Assembly: GCA_021821785.1 (NCBI GenBank)
Contig: JAKACD010000002.1
Coordinates: 1,629-65,628 of the forward strand
DNA: 64,000 bases
Source of the DNA: Thermoplasmata archaeon
GTDB taxonomy: Archaea; Thermoplasmatota; Thermoplasmata; Lutacidiplasmatales; UBA184
Direction: 5' to 3'
This document shows, in pieces, positions 46,883-56,397 of this stretch; positions within the stretch are counted from its first letter, which is position 1, and each line of letters begins with the position of its first letter. The notes under the pieces were generated by a model. It was given only the letters and a program-made list of their open reading frames with translations. It did not search any database and was not told where the DNA came from. Made by a program: the position numbers and the translations under genes.

Positions 46883-47707
46883 ATGGGGTCTCCGTTCGTT
46901 CGTCAGGTCCGACGCCCGCCGTTCGCCTATCGGCTCGCCCGGGGGCTCCGACGACTGTCGTCGGTGGTGCTGGTGCTGCTGATGCTGTACCTCGCGACCG
47001 TCGCGTACTCCACCTACGCGCTCGCGCAGTCGGGCCCTCCGGCGGGCAGCTACACTGCCGGGTTCGTCGCAAACGATTCGTTGGCCGTGCAGGGGGAGTT
47101 CTCCATCGCGAACCCCGGCCTGTATCCTGTCGAGGGGCTCGCGCTCACGCTGCGGGTTCTGAACAGCTCGGGCGGCTTCCTCGGACTGGTGCGGTCAGGG
47201 TCGGTGACGCTCGCTCCCGGGGGCACCACCACGTTCCCAGTGGCGGTCTATGTGCCGATCACGCCCTCGTCCGCCGCCGCCTCCCTGCTCGTGACCGATC
47301 AGGTGCTCTCGGTCGGCGTCTGGGGGAACGCCACGTACGCCTACCTCTTCCCCGTCTCGATCCACTTCGTCCAGAACCGTTGGTGGGGCGCCCCCTTCAA
47401 TGGCTTCCGAGCGAGCGCGGGCGTCCCGTCCGGGAGCGGCGGGAACGTGGTGGTCCCGATCACGATCTCCTTCTCCAATCACGCGCCGCTGACCGAGACC
47501 GGCGCGCTCACGCTGATCCTCCGGTCGTCGGGCGGTGCCCCGTGCGGGTCGACGACCTTCGTGCTCAACGTCCCGTCGAACTCGACGTTCGACCAGACGC
47601 AGAACGTCGCCCTCGCCAGCGGCTGCTCGATCTCGGGCGGGAGCGCCGTCGCGACCTATACGAGCGGCGGAACGACGATCGTGCTGCCACCGGAGGCGAT
47701 CCCGTGA
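46883..47707 (+). CDS. Membrane-anchored extracellular beta-rich protein, unknown function
   Basis: N-terminal TM helix followed by S/T/G/N-rich Ig-like-looking domains. Confidence 0.7.
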   Translation: MGSPFVRQVRRPPFAYRLARGLRRLSSVVLVLLMLYLATVAYSTYALAQSGPPAGSYTAGFVANDSLAVQGEFSIANPGLYPVEGLALTLRVLNSSGGFLGLVRSGSVTLAPGGTTTFPVAVYVPITPSSAAASLLVTDQVLSVGVWGNATYAYLFPVSIHFVQNRWWGAPFNGFRASAGVPSGSGGNVVVPITISFSNHAPLTETGALTLILRSSGGAPCGSTTFVLNVPSNSTFDQTQNVALASGCSISGGSAVATYTSGGTTIVLPPEAIP

Positions 47708-48198
47708 GCGCCCCGGCCGAGCGCGTGATCGATTTCGCCGGTCACCGCATCCCGTCGCTCTCGTACCGCATCCTCGCCGGGGCGGCGCTGCTCGTCGGGC
47801 TCCTTGTGGCGCTGGTCGCCTTGCCGGACGCCGTCCTCGCGTACCTCGACAGCCACGGCGTGGCACTCCCCCTCCCGATCGCGACCGCGACCGTCGCGGG
47901 CGGGATCCTGAGCGCCCTCGCGACCGCCCGGTACATTCTGCGCCCGAGCCGTCTCTACGGCCCCCTCTCCATCGCGACCTCGCTCGCGACGATCGGGTAT
48001 CTCCTGCGGTTCTGGTGGGCGGCGTCGTACCGGTTCACGATCCCCGGTAGCTCCTCCGCCACGTTCCAGGTCGGTTACGTGGACCTGATCCTTCTCCTCT
48101 TGGTGGTGCCCGCGTTCGGATTGGCGGCCGGGGTCGTCACGACGATCGAGGACCTTTCCGCCCCCGGCGAGCGGCTGCCGTTCGACTATCCGGCGTGA
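47704..48198 (+). CDS. Four-helix membrane protein, unknown function
   Basis: GTGA overlap with the upstream stop; tail of ORF 45820..48198; C-terminal ERLPFDYPA. Confidence 0.7.
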   Translation: MSAPAERVIDFAGHRIPSLSYRILAGAALLVGLLVALVALPDAVLAYLDSHGVALPLPIATATVAGGILSALATARYILRPSRLYGPLSIATSLATIGYLLRFWWAASYRFTIPGSSSATFQVGYVDLILLLLVVPAFGLAAGVVTTIEDLSAPGERLPFDYPA

Positions 48199-48213
48199 GA
48201 CTGGGCGGGGAGA

Positions 48214-48684
48214 TCACGCCCCGGAGATCACGACCTCAACGATGCGCACCGGCGAGCGGGGCCGGTCGTTCCCATCGCGGGCCACCGCCCCGATCTTCTC
48301 CACCACGTCCTGCCCCCCTCGGACCCGGCCGAAGATGGCGTGCTTCTGGTCCAGCCACGGCGTCGCGGCGAGGGTGATGAAGAACTGACTGCCCCCGGTG
48401 TTCGGCCCCGCATTGGCCATGGAGAGGATGCCGGGGCTGTCGTGCCGAAGGGTCGGGTGGAACTCGTCCGGGATCGTGTAGCCTGGTCCCCCGGTGCCGT
48501 CGCCCTTGGGGCAGCCGCCCTGGATCATGAACCCCGGGATGACGCGGTGGAACGCGAGGCCCGTGTAGAACCCCTTGCGCGCGAGCGAGAGGAAGTTCTC
48601 GGCGGTCTTCGGCGCGCGGTCGCGGTACAGCTCGATCCGGATGTCCCCGAGGGTCGTCCTCAGGGTGACGTTGGGATTCGCCAT
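48214..48684 (-). CDS. ppiA: Cyclophilin-type peptidyl-prolyl isomerase
   Basis: FHRVIPGFMIQGG, LSMANAGPNTGGSQFFIT, WLDQKHAIFG. Confidence 0.96.
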   Translation of the reverse strand: MANPNVTLRTTLGDIRIELYRDRAPKTAENFLSLARKGFYTGLAFHRVIPGFMIQGGCPKGDGTGGPGYTIPDEFHPTLRHDSPGILSMANAGPNTGGSQFFITLAATPWLDQKHAIFGRVRGGQDVVEKIGAVARDGNDRPRSPVRIVEVVISGA

Positions 48685-48804
48685 GGCGGCGCGACCGCAT
48701 CGGCGGCTAAAAGCCGGTCGCCCGCCCGTTCGTCCGTCCGGTTTATACGGGATGAGGAGGCACTAGAACGCAACGACCGTTGCCGGGGCCGCCGGGGATC
48801 ATAG

Positions 48805-49317
48805 ATGAACCGCTCCATCGGGTTAGTTGGCGTGGCGATCATCCTCCTCGGGATCGGTCTCGCCGCCTTTCCGATCATCGTCACGGGCGCGGAGCAGCTC
48901 GACCTCGAGCAGGAGGCGGGGATCCTGCTCGCGCCCATCGGGCTATTGGTGGTCCTGATCGGCGCGGTGCAGCCGAACCCCGAGGCGACGACCGTCAAGG
49001 GAACCTTCGGGAACCCGGACGAGAATGCGCTCCGGCTCGCCCCGCCGCGCCCGAGCGAGCCGAGCCGCCCCCTCGGCTTCAATCCGCGCGAACCGGTGCT
49101 GTGCCGATACTGCCGGACGACGATCACCTTCGACCTGGCCCGCTGCCCGCGCTGCGCCCGCCCGCGCGACTGCCGGGTCTGCGGCAGCCCGCTCGAAGGG
49201 GCCGCCACCGATACCGACTGCCCCGGGTGCCACCGGGTAGAAGCTTTCTGCCGCTGCCCCCGTATTGCCCGGCTCCCGGGCCTGCCCTCGCCGACCGGGC
49301 GGGCCCGGTGGGGGTAA
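48805..49317 (+). CDS. Two-TM protein with cytoplasmic multi-Zn-ribbon tail
   Basis: CRYC, CPRC, CRVC, CPGC, CRC motifs after two helices. Confidence 0.7.
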   Translation: MNRSIGLVGVAIILLGIGLAAFPIIVTGAEQLDLEQEAGILLAPIGLLVVLIGAVQPNPEATTVKGTFGNPDENALRLAPPRPSEPSRPLGFNPREPVLCRYCRTTITFDLARCPRCARPRDCRVCGSPLEGAATDTDCPGCHRVEAFCRCPRIARLPGLPSPTGRARWG

Positions 49318-49329
49318 GGGAGCGGCACG

Positions 49330-49887
49330 ATGGACGACCAGGGAATCCCGCGGGGCGTCGCGACCGTCGATCAGAACCGGGTCGAAGTGCACTTTGACGG
49401 GGCCTGCGAGCCTCCGAAGGGGGGCGGAGTCGCGACCTGGGGCTATGTGGTCCGCGGCGCGGGCCTGTACCACGAGGACTCGGGCCTCGCCGTCCGCCCG
49501 TACTCGTCCCATGCGACCAACAACGTGGCGGAGTACGTGGCCGCCATCCGAGCGCTCGAATGGCTCGGCGCGCAAGGGTTCGAGGGCGAGGTGCTCGCCA
49601 CCGGGGACAGCCAGCTCGTGGTCCGACAGATGCGCGGAGAGTACGAGGTCCGGGCGGAGCACCTGAAGGCCTATCACTCGCACCTCACCGCGCTCACCCG
49701 ACGATTCCGGCACGTCGAGTTCCGTTGGGTCCCCCGCGAGGAGAACCGGGTGGCGGACGCCCTTTCGAAGGAGGCGCTCGAAGAGGCGCGGGCGCAGGCC
49801 GGCTCCCACCGCCCCGAGGTTCCGGTCGAGGTGCCCGAAGAGGACGTCCTGCCGGACAGCGAGCCCGACCGGGGCGAACGATCCTAG
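49330..49887 (+). CDS. rnhA: Ribonuclease HI family
   Basis: HFDGAC, TNNVAEY, GDSQLVVRQM, WVPREENRVADALS. Confidence 0.93.
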   Translation: MDDQGIPRGVATVDQNRVEVHFDGACEPPKGGGVATWGYVVRGAGLYHEDSGLAVRPYSSHATNNVAEYVAAIRALEWLGAQGFEGEVLATGDSQLVVRQMRGEYEVRAEHLKAYHSHLTALTRRFRHVEFRWVPREENRVADALSKEALEEARAQAGSHRPEVPVEVPEEDVLPDSEPDRGERS

Positions 49888-50102
49888 CTCCAGCGGACAG
49901 TGTAGACGAGGGTCCGCCCTTCCATGGCGGCGCGGGCCCGGGCGGAGTCCACGTAGGTCGCGAAAGCGGCCGCGGCTTCGAGCGAGAGCTTCGGTCGGGT
50001 CCCGTAGCCTCGCGGGGTTCCCTGGCCGAGCACGGTTGGTGGCGGGGTCGGTGCCGCGACCGCTTTGACGACCGGCCTGGGTTTTCGGGGCGCCGCGCTC
50101 AC
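49884..50102 (-). CDS. Small hypothetical protein
   Basis: Probable GTG at 50102; stop shares CTAG with rnhA; no recognisable motif. Confidence 0.4.
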   Translation of the reverse strand: MSAAPRKPRPVVKAVAAPTPPPTVLGQGTPRGYGTRPKLSLEAAAAFATYVDSARARAAMEGRTLVYTVRWS

Positions 50103-50433
50103 GGCGCCTCGCCGATGGGGTGGTACTGGCGATACAGTTGCGGTCCAAGGCAAGGCAGGAAGGCGAGCGAACAGGCCGCGTCCGGTGTTTCCTGGGCGCC
50201 GAGCGGCATCGCAGCGAGGATCAGCCCCGCTCCGGAGACGTCCGACATCGTCCCTCGGGGGGTGTCAGACGCACGTCATACATAAAGCCCTAACTTGGAC
50301 AGGAAGAAAGGGGGTGTCCCCCGGCGCCGTGAGGACAGGGAGCGACCGACAGTTGGCAGACGCCGAACCGCCCCGGTTCGGAGGGCGGCGCTCGACCGTC
50401 TTAAGAGGCCGAGCTGGGTCGGATGACGGCAGC

Positions 50434-52173
50434 ATGACCGAGACCACTTCGCGCGCGGACGCGGCACGGTTCCTAGAGACCGCCGAGGGCCGCTTGAAGG
50501 ATCTCGCCATCGCGGCCCAGCAGGCCGACTGGGTGAATGCGACGTACATCACGCCGGACACCGACGCGCTGAGCGCCCGGGCCACCTCCCGCTTCATCTC
50601 TGAGACCCTGGACCTGGCGAAGCGTTCGACGGAGTTCGCCGAAGGATCGCTCGATGAGGAGCTCCGGCGCAAGTTCAAGCTCCTGCGTCTCCTCTTGCCG
50701 CTCGTCGGCCCATCGGACCCGGTGGAGTCGGAGGAGCTCACGCGCCGGGTCACCGCGATGCAGGGGGCGTACGCGAAGGGGCACCACACGCTCGTCGGGG
50801 AGCGCGAGCCGCGCGACCTCCAGGGGCTCTCACATGTCCTCGAGGAGAGTCGGGATCCCGCTCGGCTCGTGGACGCCTGGGCGGGGTGGCATCGCATCGG
50901 TCGGTCGATACGGCCGGACTTCGAACGATACGTGGAGCTCGCGAACCGCGGGGCCGGCGAGCTCGGATTCGCGGACATGGGGGTGATGTGGCGATCGAAG
51001 TACGACATGGAGCCGGAGGCGTTCGCGCGGGAGGTCGATCGGCTCTGGGAGTCGGTGCGCCCCCTCTACGAAGCGCTGCACGCCTACGTCCGCCACCGCC
51101 TCGTCGCGGTCTACGGGGCGGACGTGGTCGACCCTCGGGGGCCGATCCCGATCCACCTCCTCGGCAACATGTGGGCGCAGTCCTGGGACGGCATCTACCC
51201 GATCCTGGTTCCTCCGGGCACGGAGGCGGGCTTCGACCTCACCCGCATCCTGGTCGCCCGTGGCACCACGCCGACCGACCTCGTCCGCTACGCCGAGCGG
51301 TTCTTCGAGTCGCTCGGTCTCGGGACCTTGCCGCCGACGTTCTGGGAGCGGTCGATGTTCGTGCGGCCGCGCGACCGCGAGGTCGTCTGCCACGCGAGCG
51401 CCTGGAACATCGACTTCGCGGAGGACCTCCGGATCAAGATGTGCATCGAGATCACGGACGAGGATTTCCGGACGATCCATCACGAGCTCGGGCACAGCTA
51501 CTACCAGCGGGCCTACTCCGGTCAGTCGTTCCTGTTCCGCGACAGCGCCCACGACGGGTTCCACGAGGCGGTCGGAGATACGGTCGCCCTCTCGGTCACT
51601 CCGGAGTATCTCGCGAAGATCGGCCTCTTGTCCGACGTGCCGCCCGACACCGGGGACCTGGGCCTCTTGCTCCGCCGCGCGCTCGAAAAGATCGCCTTCC
51701 TCCCGTTCGGACTCGTGGTCGACCGGTGGCGGTGGGAGGTCTTCTCGGGGGCGGTCTCTCCGAGCGAGTACAACCCCCGATGGTGGGACCTCCGGCGGCG
51801 CTACCAGGGGGTCGTGCCCCCGGGCGAGCGGAGCGCCGACGAGTTCGATCCGGGCGCGAAGTACCACGTGGCGGCGAACACGCCGTACATGCGCTACTTC
51901 CTCGCGCACATCCTCCAGTTCCAGTTCCATCGAGCGCTCGTCCGCGCGATGGGCGACTCGGGCCCCCTCCACCGCGCTTCGATCTACGGCTCGAAGGAGG
52001 CCGGTCGCCGCCTGAAGACGATGATGGAGCTCGGCCAGCGCCGGGAGTGGCCCGACGCGCTCGAGGCGATCACGGGCGAGCGACGCATGGAGGCGACGGG
52101 GCTCCTCGAGTACTTCCGACCGCTCCAGCGCTGGCTCGAGGAGCAGAACCGCTCGATCCCCACCGGCTGGTGA
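50434..52173 (+). CDS. M2 family zinc metallopeptidase (angiotensin-converting-enzyme-like peptidyl-dipeptidase)
   Basis: HLLGNMWAQSW, VVCHASAW, HHELGH (HExxH), GFHEAVGD, FDPGAKYHV, YMRYF; ATG at 50434. Confidence 0.93.
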   Translation: MTETTSRADAARFLETAEGRLKDLAIAAQQADWVNATYITPDTDALSARATSRFISETLDLAKRSTEFAEGSLDEELRRKFKLLRLLLPLVGPSDPVESEELTRRVTAMQGAYAKGHHTLVGEREPRDLQGLSHVLEESRDPARLVDAWAGWHRIGRSIRPDFERYVELANRGAGELGFADMGVMWRSKYDMEPEAFAREVDRLWESVRPLYEALHAYVRHRLVAVYGADVVDPRGPIPIHLLGNMWAQSWDGIYPILVPPGTEAGFDLTRILVARGTTPTDLVRYAERFFESLGLGTLPPTFWERSMFVRPRDREVVCHASAWNIDFAEDLRIKMCIEITDEDFRTIHHELGHSYYQRAYSGQSFLFRDSAHDGFHEAVGDTVALSVTPEYLAKIGLLSDVPPDTGDLGLLLRRALEKIAFLPFGLVVDRWRWEVFSGAVSPSEYNPRWWDLRRRYQGVVPPGERSADEFDPGAKYHVAANTPYMRYFLAHILQFQFHRALVRAMGDSGPLHRASIYGSKEAGRRLKTMMELGQRREWPDALEAITGERRMEATGLLEYFRPLQRWLEEQNRSIPTGW

Positions 52174-52292
52174 AGCGGCCCACGCCACCCGATACTTGGA
52201 CCGCGGGCCCCGACGGGCCCGACCCCCTCGGGCTCCCGCCTCGTCGCCGCTCGCGACAGGGGTTTTAGCCCGGTCAGGGCTTCCGGGCAACG

Positions 52293-52763
52293 ATGCTCCT
52301 CCACGCCGGCGAGCAAATGCTCCGCAGCGCCTACGCGGTGATCGAGGAGCCGCATCGGCCGAGCGACGTGCGGGGGCCCGGCGTGCTCTACCTCACCAAC
52401 CAGCGCCTGGTCTTCGAGGCGCCGACCACCGCGGGCCTCGTCCGGGACCTTCTGCGGGGACACGACAATCGCACCGTCTTCTCCGGTTCGCTCCTGGACA
52501 TCCGGAACGTCTCGGTGCGGCGCGGGCGGATCGGGAAGACCTGGCTGGTCGTGGAGATGGCGCGCGAGCGGCCCGCGTTCGACGTGTTGGACCCGGACGG
52601 CTGGATCCGCGCGATCGCGCTGGCGAAGCGGGCGCTGCCGGTCCCGGGGAGCGGCGCTCCGACGATCGTGGAGCGCGAGGTGGTCCGGGTGCGGTGCCGA
52701 TACTGCGGCCGGCTCGGGAACGAGGTCGACGGCCGCTGCCCCTCCTGTGGGGCACCGCTCTGA
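52293..52763 (+). CDS. PH/GRAM-like domain plus C-terminal Zn ribbon
   Basis: GVLYLTNQRLVFE; CRYCG...CPSCGAPL. Confidence 0.65.
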   Translation: MLLHAGEQMLRSAYAVIEEPHRPSDVRGPGVLYLTNQRLVFEAPTTAGLVRDLLRGHDNRTVFSGSLLDIRNVSVRRGRIGKTWLVVEMARERPAFDVLDPDGWIRAIALAKRALPVPGSGAPTIVEREVVRVRCRYCGRLGNEVDGRCPSCGAPL

Positions 52764-52857
52764 GCGGGGACCCGGTCCGACATGGAGCGCCCGCGGATCC
52801 CGCGCTCGAGGCCCGGGCGCGCGAGGGCCTTTAACTCCGCTCCTCACTGGAGGAGCC

Positions 52858-53568
52858 GTGGCCAAAGGAGGCCCGTCGCCGGTCGGACAGAGCCGGATCG
52901 CGGCGATCGTTCTCGCCGCGGGAGGCGCCGCCCGCATGGGATCCCCGAAGCCGCTCACCGAGCTAGACGGTCGGACGTTGCTGAGCTGGGTCCTGGGGGC
53001 GATTCCCAGGTCCGCCGTCGGAGAGACGATCGTCGTGCTGGGCGCGTGGGCGGACGAAATCCGCGCGGGGGTCGACCTCACCGGCTGCACGGTCGTAGAG
53101 AACCCCGAGCCTGCTGCCGGGATGAGCAGCTCTCTTCGGAGAGGGGTGGCCGCCGTGTCGGCCACGACCGAGGCGTTCTTCGTCGTGCTGGGGGACGCCC
53201 CGTTGGTGCGACCCACCACCTACCATGAGCTGATCGCCGCACGGCTTCGCGCGCGGGTCCGTATCGTGGTCCCGCTCTACGCGGGCCTCCGCGGCCATCC
53301 GGTGCTCTTCGATCGGTCGCTTTCGAGCGAGGTCGACCGGATCACGGGCGACCGGGGAGCTCGGGCGCTGGTCCTCGAGCATGCGTCCGAAACCCTCGAG
53401 GTCCCGCTCGAGGACCCAGGGGTACTCATCGACCTAGACACACCGGGGGACCTCCGGGAGGCCGAGGACCGTCTCCGTTCCGGGGCCTCGCTCGTTCCCC
53501 TCGCGCTGCGGCTCGCGTCGAGCGGACGTCCCCGGGAGCGCTCGTCGGCCGGCGCTCGGCTGCGGTAG
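52858..53568 (+). CDS. mocA: Molybdenum cofactor cytidylyltransferase (MocA-like)
   Basis: VLAAGGAARMGSPKPL, GMSSSL, LGDAPLV, GHPVLF, GDRGAR, DLDTPGD; GTG at 52858 after AGGAG. Confidence 0.85.
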   Translation: MAKGGPSPVGQSRIAAIVLAAGGAARMGSPKPLTELDGRTLLSWVLGAIPRSAVGETIVVLGAWADEIRAGVDLTGCTVVENPEPAAGMSSSLRRGVAAVSATTEAFFVVLGDAPLVRPTTYHELIAARLRARVRIVVPLYAGLRGHPVLFDRSLSSEVDRITGDRGARALVLEHASETLEVPLEDPGVLIDLDTPGDLREAEDRLRSGASLVPLALRLASSGRPRERSSAGARLR

Positions 53569-53689
53569 CTTTCGAACGGAGCGTCCCCGGGGTCCCGCGC
53601 TCGTGAACGTGACCGACCCTAGCACGCCCATCCTCCCGGAGAAGGAGCGGGGGCCGACCGTGCCTCATCCCCCGGTAGTACGCGGGTGC

Positions 53690-54238
53690 TCAGGCCGATT
53701 CGCTCGGCCCCGACGGGTGCATCTTCCGGTCGGCGAGCTGGATCGCCTTCACGATGTTGACATAGCCGGTGCACCGACAGAGGTTCCCCCGGATCGCCTC
53801 CCGGATCTCCGTCTCCGTCGGGTGCGGGTGCTTCGCCAAGAGCGCGGTCGCGGTCATCATCATCCCCGGGGTGCAGAAGCCGCACTGGAGGCCATGCGCC
53901 TCCAGGAACGCCTCCTGGACCGGGGAGAGCGTGCCGTTGGCCTCCAGCCCTTCGACCGTGCGGACCTGGCCCCCCTGGGCCTGGACCGCGAGGACCGTAC
54001 AGGACTTCACCGGTCGTCCGTCGAGGAGCACGGTGCAGGCACCGCAGCCCGACGTATCGCAACCGATGTGGGTGCCCGTGAGCCCGAGGACCTCGCGCAG
54101 GAAGTGGACGAGGAGCGTACGCGTCTCCACCTCGGCGGACACAGCGGCCCCGTTGACGATGAGCTCCACCCGGACGAGCGGGCCGCCGCCGCCGACAGAG
54201 GACTCGGTCGAAGCGGTCCGGCGCGAGGCCGCGGTCAT
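53690..54238 (-). CDS. coxS: Molybdo-hydroxylase small (2x 2Fe-2S) subunit, CoxS/CutS-like
   Basis: [12 protein letters not shown]...[20 protein letters not shown]. Confidence 0.93.
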   Translation of the reverse strand: MTAASRRTASTESSVGGGGPLVRVELIVNGAAVSAEVETRTLLVHFLREVLGLTGTHIGCDTSGCGACTVLLDGRPVKSCTVLAVQAQGGQVRTVEGLEANGTLSPVQEAFLEAHGLQCGFCTPGMMMTATALLAKHPHPTETEIREAIRGNLCRCTGYVNIVKAIQLADRKMHPSGPSESA

Positions 54239-55114
54239 CTAGACGGCTCTCCCCGCCCGGGCGAGCGCTCGTTCCAATACCTGCCGGGTGAGGAATCGTA
54301 CCATCGCGCGCTTGTACTCGACCGAGCCGCGGAGATCGCTCGCGGGCTGCGCCGAGTCGCTCGCGAGCCGGGCCGCGTGGGCGATCTGGTCCTCGTCGGG
54401 CGATCGACCGACGAGGACCGCCGCGGCCGCCTCCGCGAGGATCGCGGTCGGGCCGACCCCGGTGAGCGCGATCCCGGCCGTCCCGATCCGCCCGGAACCG
54501 TCCAGCACGAGATTCGCGGCGACGCCTGCGATCGCGAAGTCGCCGGTCCGCTTCTCGAGCTTGTGGTACGCGTTCCCCTGGCCGAGCCGAGCGCGGGGGA
54601 CCCGCACCCCGACCAATAGTTCGGTCGGCTCGAGTGCGGTGACAAAGGTGTCCCGGTAGAAGTCGGAGAGCCGGAGGATGCGGGAGCTCCCCGGGCCGGC
54701 GACTTCGACCTCCGCGCCCAGCGCGAGCAGGCAGGCGGGGAGGTCATTCCCCGGGTCGCCGTGACAGAGGTTGCCCCCGACCGTGCCCATGTTGCGCACG
54801 AGCGGGTCGGCGATCTCCGCCGCAGCATCGGTCAGGATCGGGTACGACTGCCGTAGGATCGGCGACTCGAGCAGCTCGCTCGTTCGGGTCGTCGCACCGA
54901 TCCGTAGGTGCGCTCCCTCCTCCCGGAGGTACGCGAGCGAGGGGATACGCTGGATATCGACGAGCGCCCGTGGCCGGGCGAGTCGGAGCTTCATCAGCGG
55001 GAGGAGACTGTGCCCCCCCGCGAGGACCTTCGCGTCGCCCTCGAACCGGTGGAGCAGGCCGACCGCTTCGTCGATCGAGCGGGGAGCATAGTATTCGAAG
55101 GGGGGCGGGATCAT
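54239..55114 (-). CDS. coxM: Molybdo-hydroxylase FAD subunit, CoxM/CutM-like
   Basis: MIPPPFEYYAP, LAGGHSLLPLMKLRL, VRNMGTVGGN, DLRGSVEYK; ATG at 55114. Confidence 0.93.
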   Translation of the reverse strand: MIPPPFEYYAPRSIDEAVGLLHRFEGDAKVLAGGHSLLPLMKLRLARPRALVDIQRIPSLAYLREEGAHLRIGATTRTSELLESPILRQSYPILTDAAAEIADPLVRNMGTVGGNLCHGDPGNDLPACLLALGAEVEVAGPGSSRILRLSDFYRDTFVTALEPTELLVGVRVPRARLGQGNAYHKLEKRTGDFAIAGVAANLVLDGSGRIGTAGIALTGVGPTAILAEAAAAVLVGRSPDEDQIAHAARLASDSAQPASDLRGSVEYKRAMVRFLTRQVLERALARAGRAV

Positions 55115-55268
55115 CGGACCACCAGGAGCATCGTTCCGGTATCGGCACGCCTCTCCTCTATTAGACGTTAGGAAGCGGGCGGGAGCCCGGCGCGGGCCGG
55201 ACATCGCGGGGAGCCGCCACGAGGGGGCTAGGTGGGGTATAAGGGGGGCCGCGGCAGTTGGTCGCTCG

Positions 55269-56243
55269 ATGCTGTCCGACGCGTACGGCCGCGCCGTCAC
55301 GGACATCCGGATCAGCCTGACGAAGCGCTGCAACTTCGGCTGCGTCTACTGCCACGACGAGGGCCTCGGCCCGACCGCTCGGCCCCGCGCCCCGCACGGC
55401 GAGGAGATGACCTCGACCGAGGTCGAACGGATCGTGCGGGTCGCCCGGGAGTTCGGGATCCGTTCCGTGAAGTTCACCGGCGGCGAGCCCCTCCTTCGCA
55501 CGGACCTCGAAGAGGTCATCGGCCGGACCGTGGAGCAGATCCCCGATGTCTCGCTCACGACGAACGGCTCGATGCTCGAGAACCGGGCCGAGGCGCTCCG
55601 CGATGCCGGGTTGAAGCGGGTGAACGTCTCGGTCGATTCGATCGACCCGGAGCAGTTCCGCACGATCCGCAAGGGCGGTCTTGCCCCGGTGCTCCGCGGG
55701 ATCCGGGCGGCGTTGCGCGTGGGCCTCAAACCGGTCAAGCTCAACATGGTCGTCTTCCGCCCGACCCTGGCCAATATCCCTCGGATGATCGACTTCGTGG
55801 GGGAGACCGAGGGCCTCAAGCTGCAGCTCATCCAGTTCATGCCCGAGCTCGTCGCGCACCGGGAGTGGATGGTCGACATCGAGAGCGTCAAGCGCTGGCT
55901 GGAGGAGCATGCGTCGAGCGTCCTGGTCCGCGAGATGCACCACCGCCGGGTCTACCTGTTCCGGGAAGCCGAGGTTGAGGTCGTCGACCCGGTCTACAAC
56001 CCGGAGTTCTGTGCGAACTGCCACCGGATCCGGGTGACCCACCGGGGCGAGCTCAAGGGCTGCCTCAACCGCAACGACGATCTCGTGCCCACCCGTGGAC
56101 TCGACGACGAGGCACTGCGCGCCGCGTTCCGCGAAGTCGTCGCGCTCAGGGTCCCGTACTACGGCGCCTACATCGCAGACCTGCCGCGCCGCGCCCCCGC
56201 GACCGAGGTCCCGGCCGAGCTCGCGAAGGCACGGGACGCGTAG
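55269..56243 (+). CDS. moaA: GTP 3',8-cyclase
   Basis: CNFGCVYCHDEG, KFTGGEP, TTNG, VKLNMV, CANCHRIRVT...LKGCL. Confidence 0.93.
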   Translation: MLSDAYGRAVTDIRISLTKRCNFGCVYCHDEGLGPTARPRAPHGEEMTSTEVERIVRVAREFGIRSVKFTGGEPLLRTDLEEVIGRTVEQIPDVSLTTNGSMLENRAEALRDAGLKRVNVSVDSIDPEQFRTIRKGGLAPVLRGIRAALRVGLKPVKLNMVVFRPTLANIPRMIDFVGETEGLKLQLIQFMPELVAHREWMVDIESVKRWLEEHASSVLVREMHHRRVYLFREAEVEVVDPVYNPEFCANCHRIRVTHRGELKGCLNRNDDLVPTRGLDDEALRAAFREVVALRVPYYGAYIADLPRRAPATEVPAELAKARDA

Positions 56244-56397
56244 GCCGCGGACTTCTCCTTGGGTTCCCGGGACCCGTGGCCCCGGCATCCAATCCGTTCA
56301 GGGTAGGGGAGCGGGGGCGCGGCGAAGCGGGGAAAGGCTCATTCCCGAACGCCCGCTCGCGAGGGCGGCTCGACGGCGGAGGCACCGACCCTCGCTC

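Noticed and set aside
38169-47245. Integrated element at tRNA-Thr bounded by an att duplication
   Set aside because: The only echo of the tRNA 3' end that I saw is a 9-nt CCAGTGGC-containing match inside a gene near 47236; there is no integrase in the window.
50099-50248. 49-codon minus-strand ORF whose TGA overlaps GTG at 50102
   Set aside because: Promoter spacing and overlap are plausible, but the sequence is not convincingly protein-like and all three frames are open here, so it cannot be supported.
56244-56397. Moco riboswitch near moaA/coxG
   Set aside because: Only a short GC hairpin is visible; the multi-stem Moco RNA layout could not be recognised.
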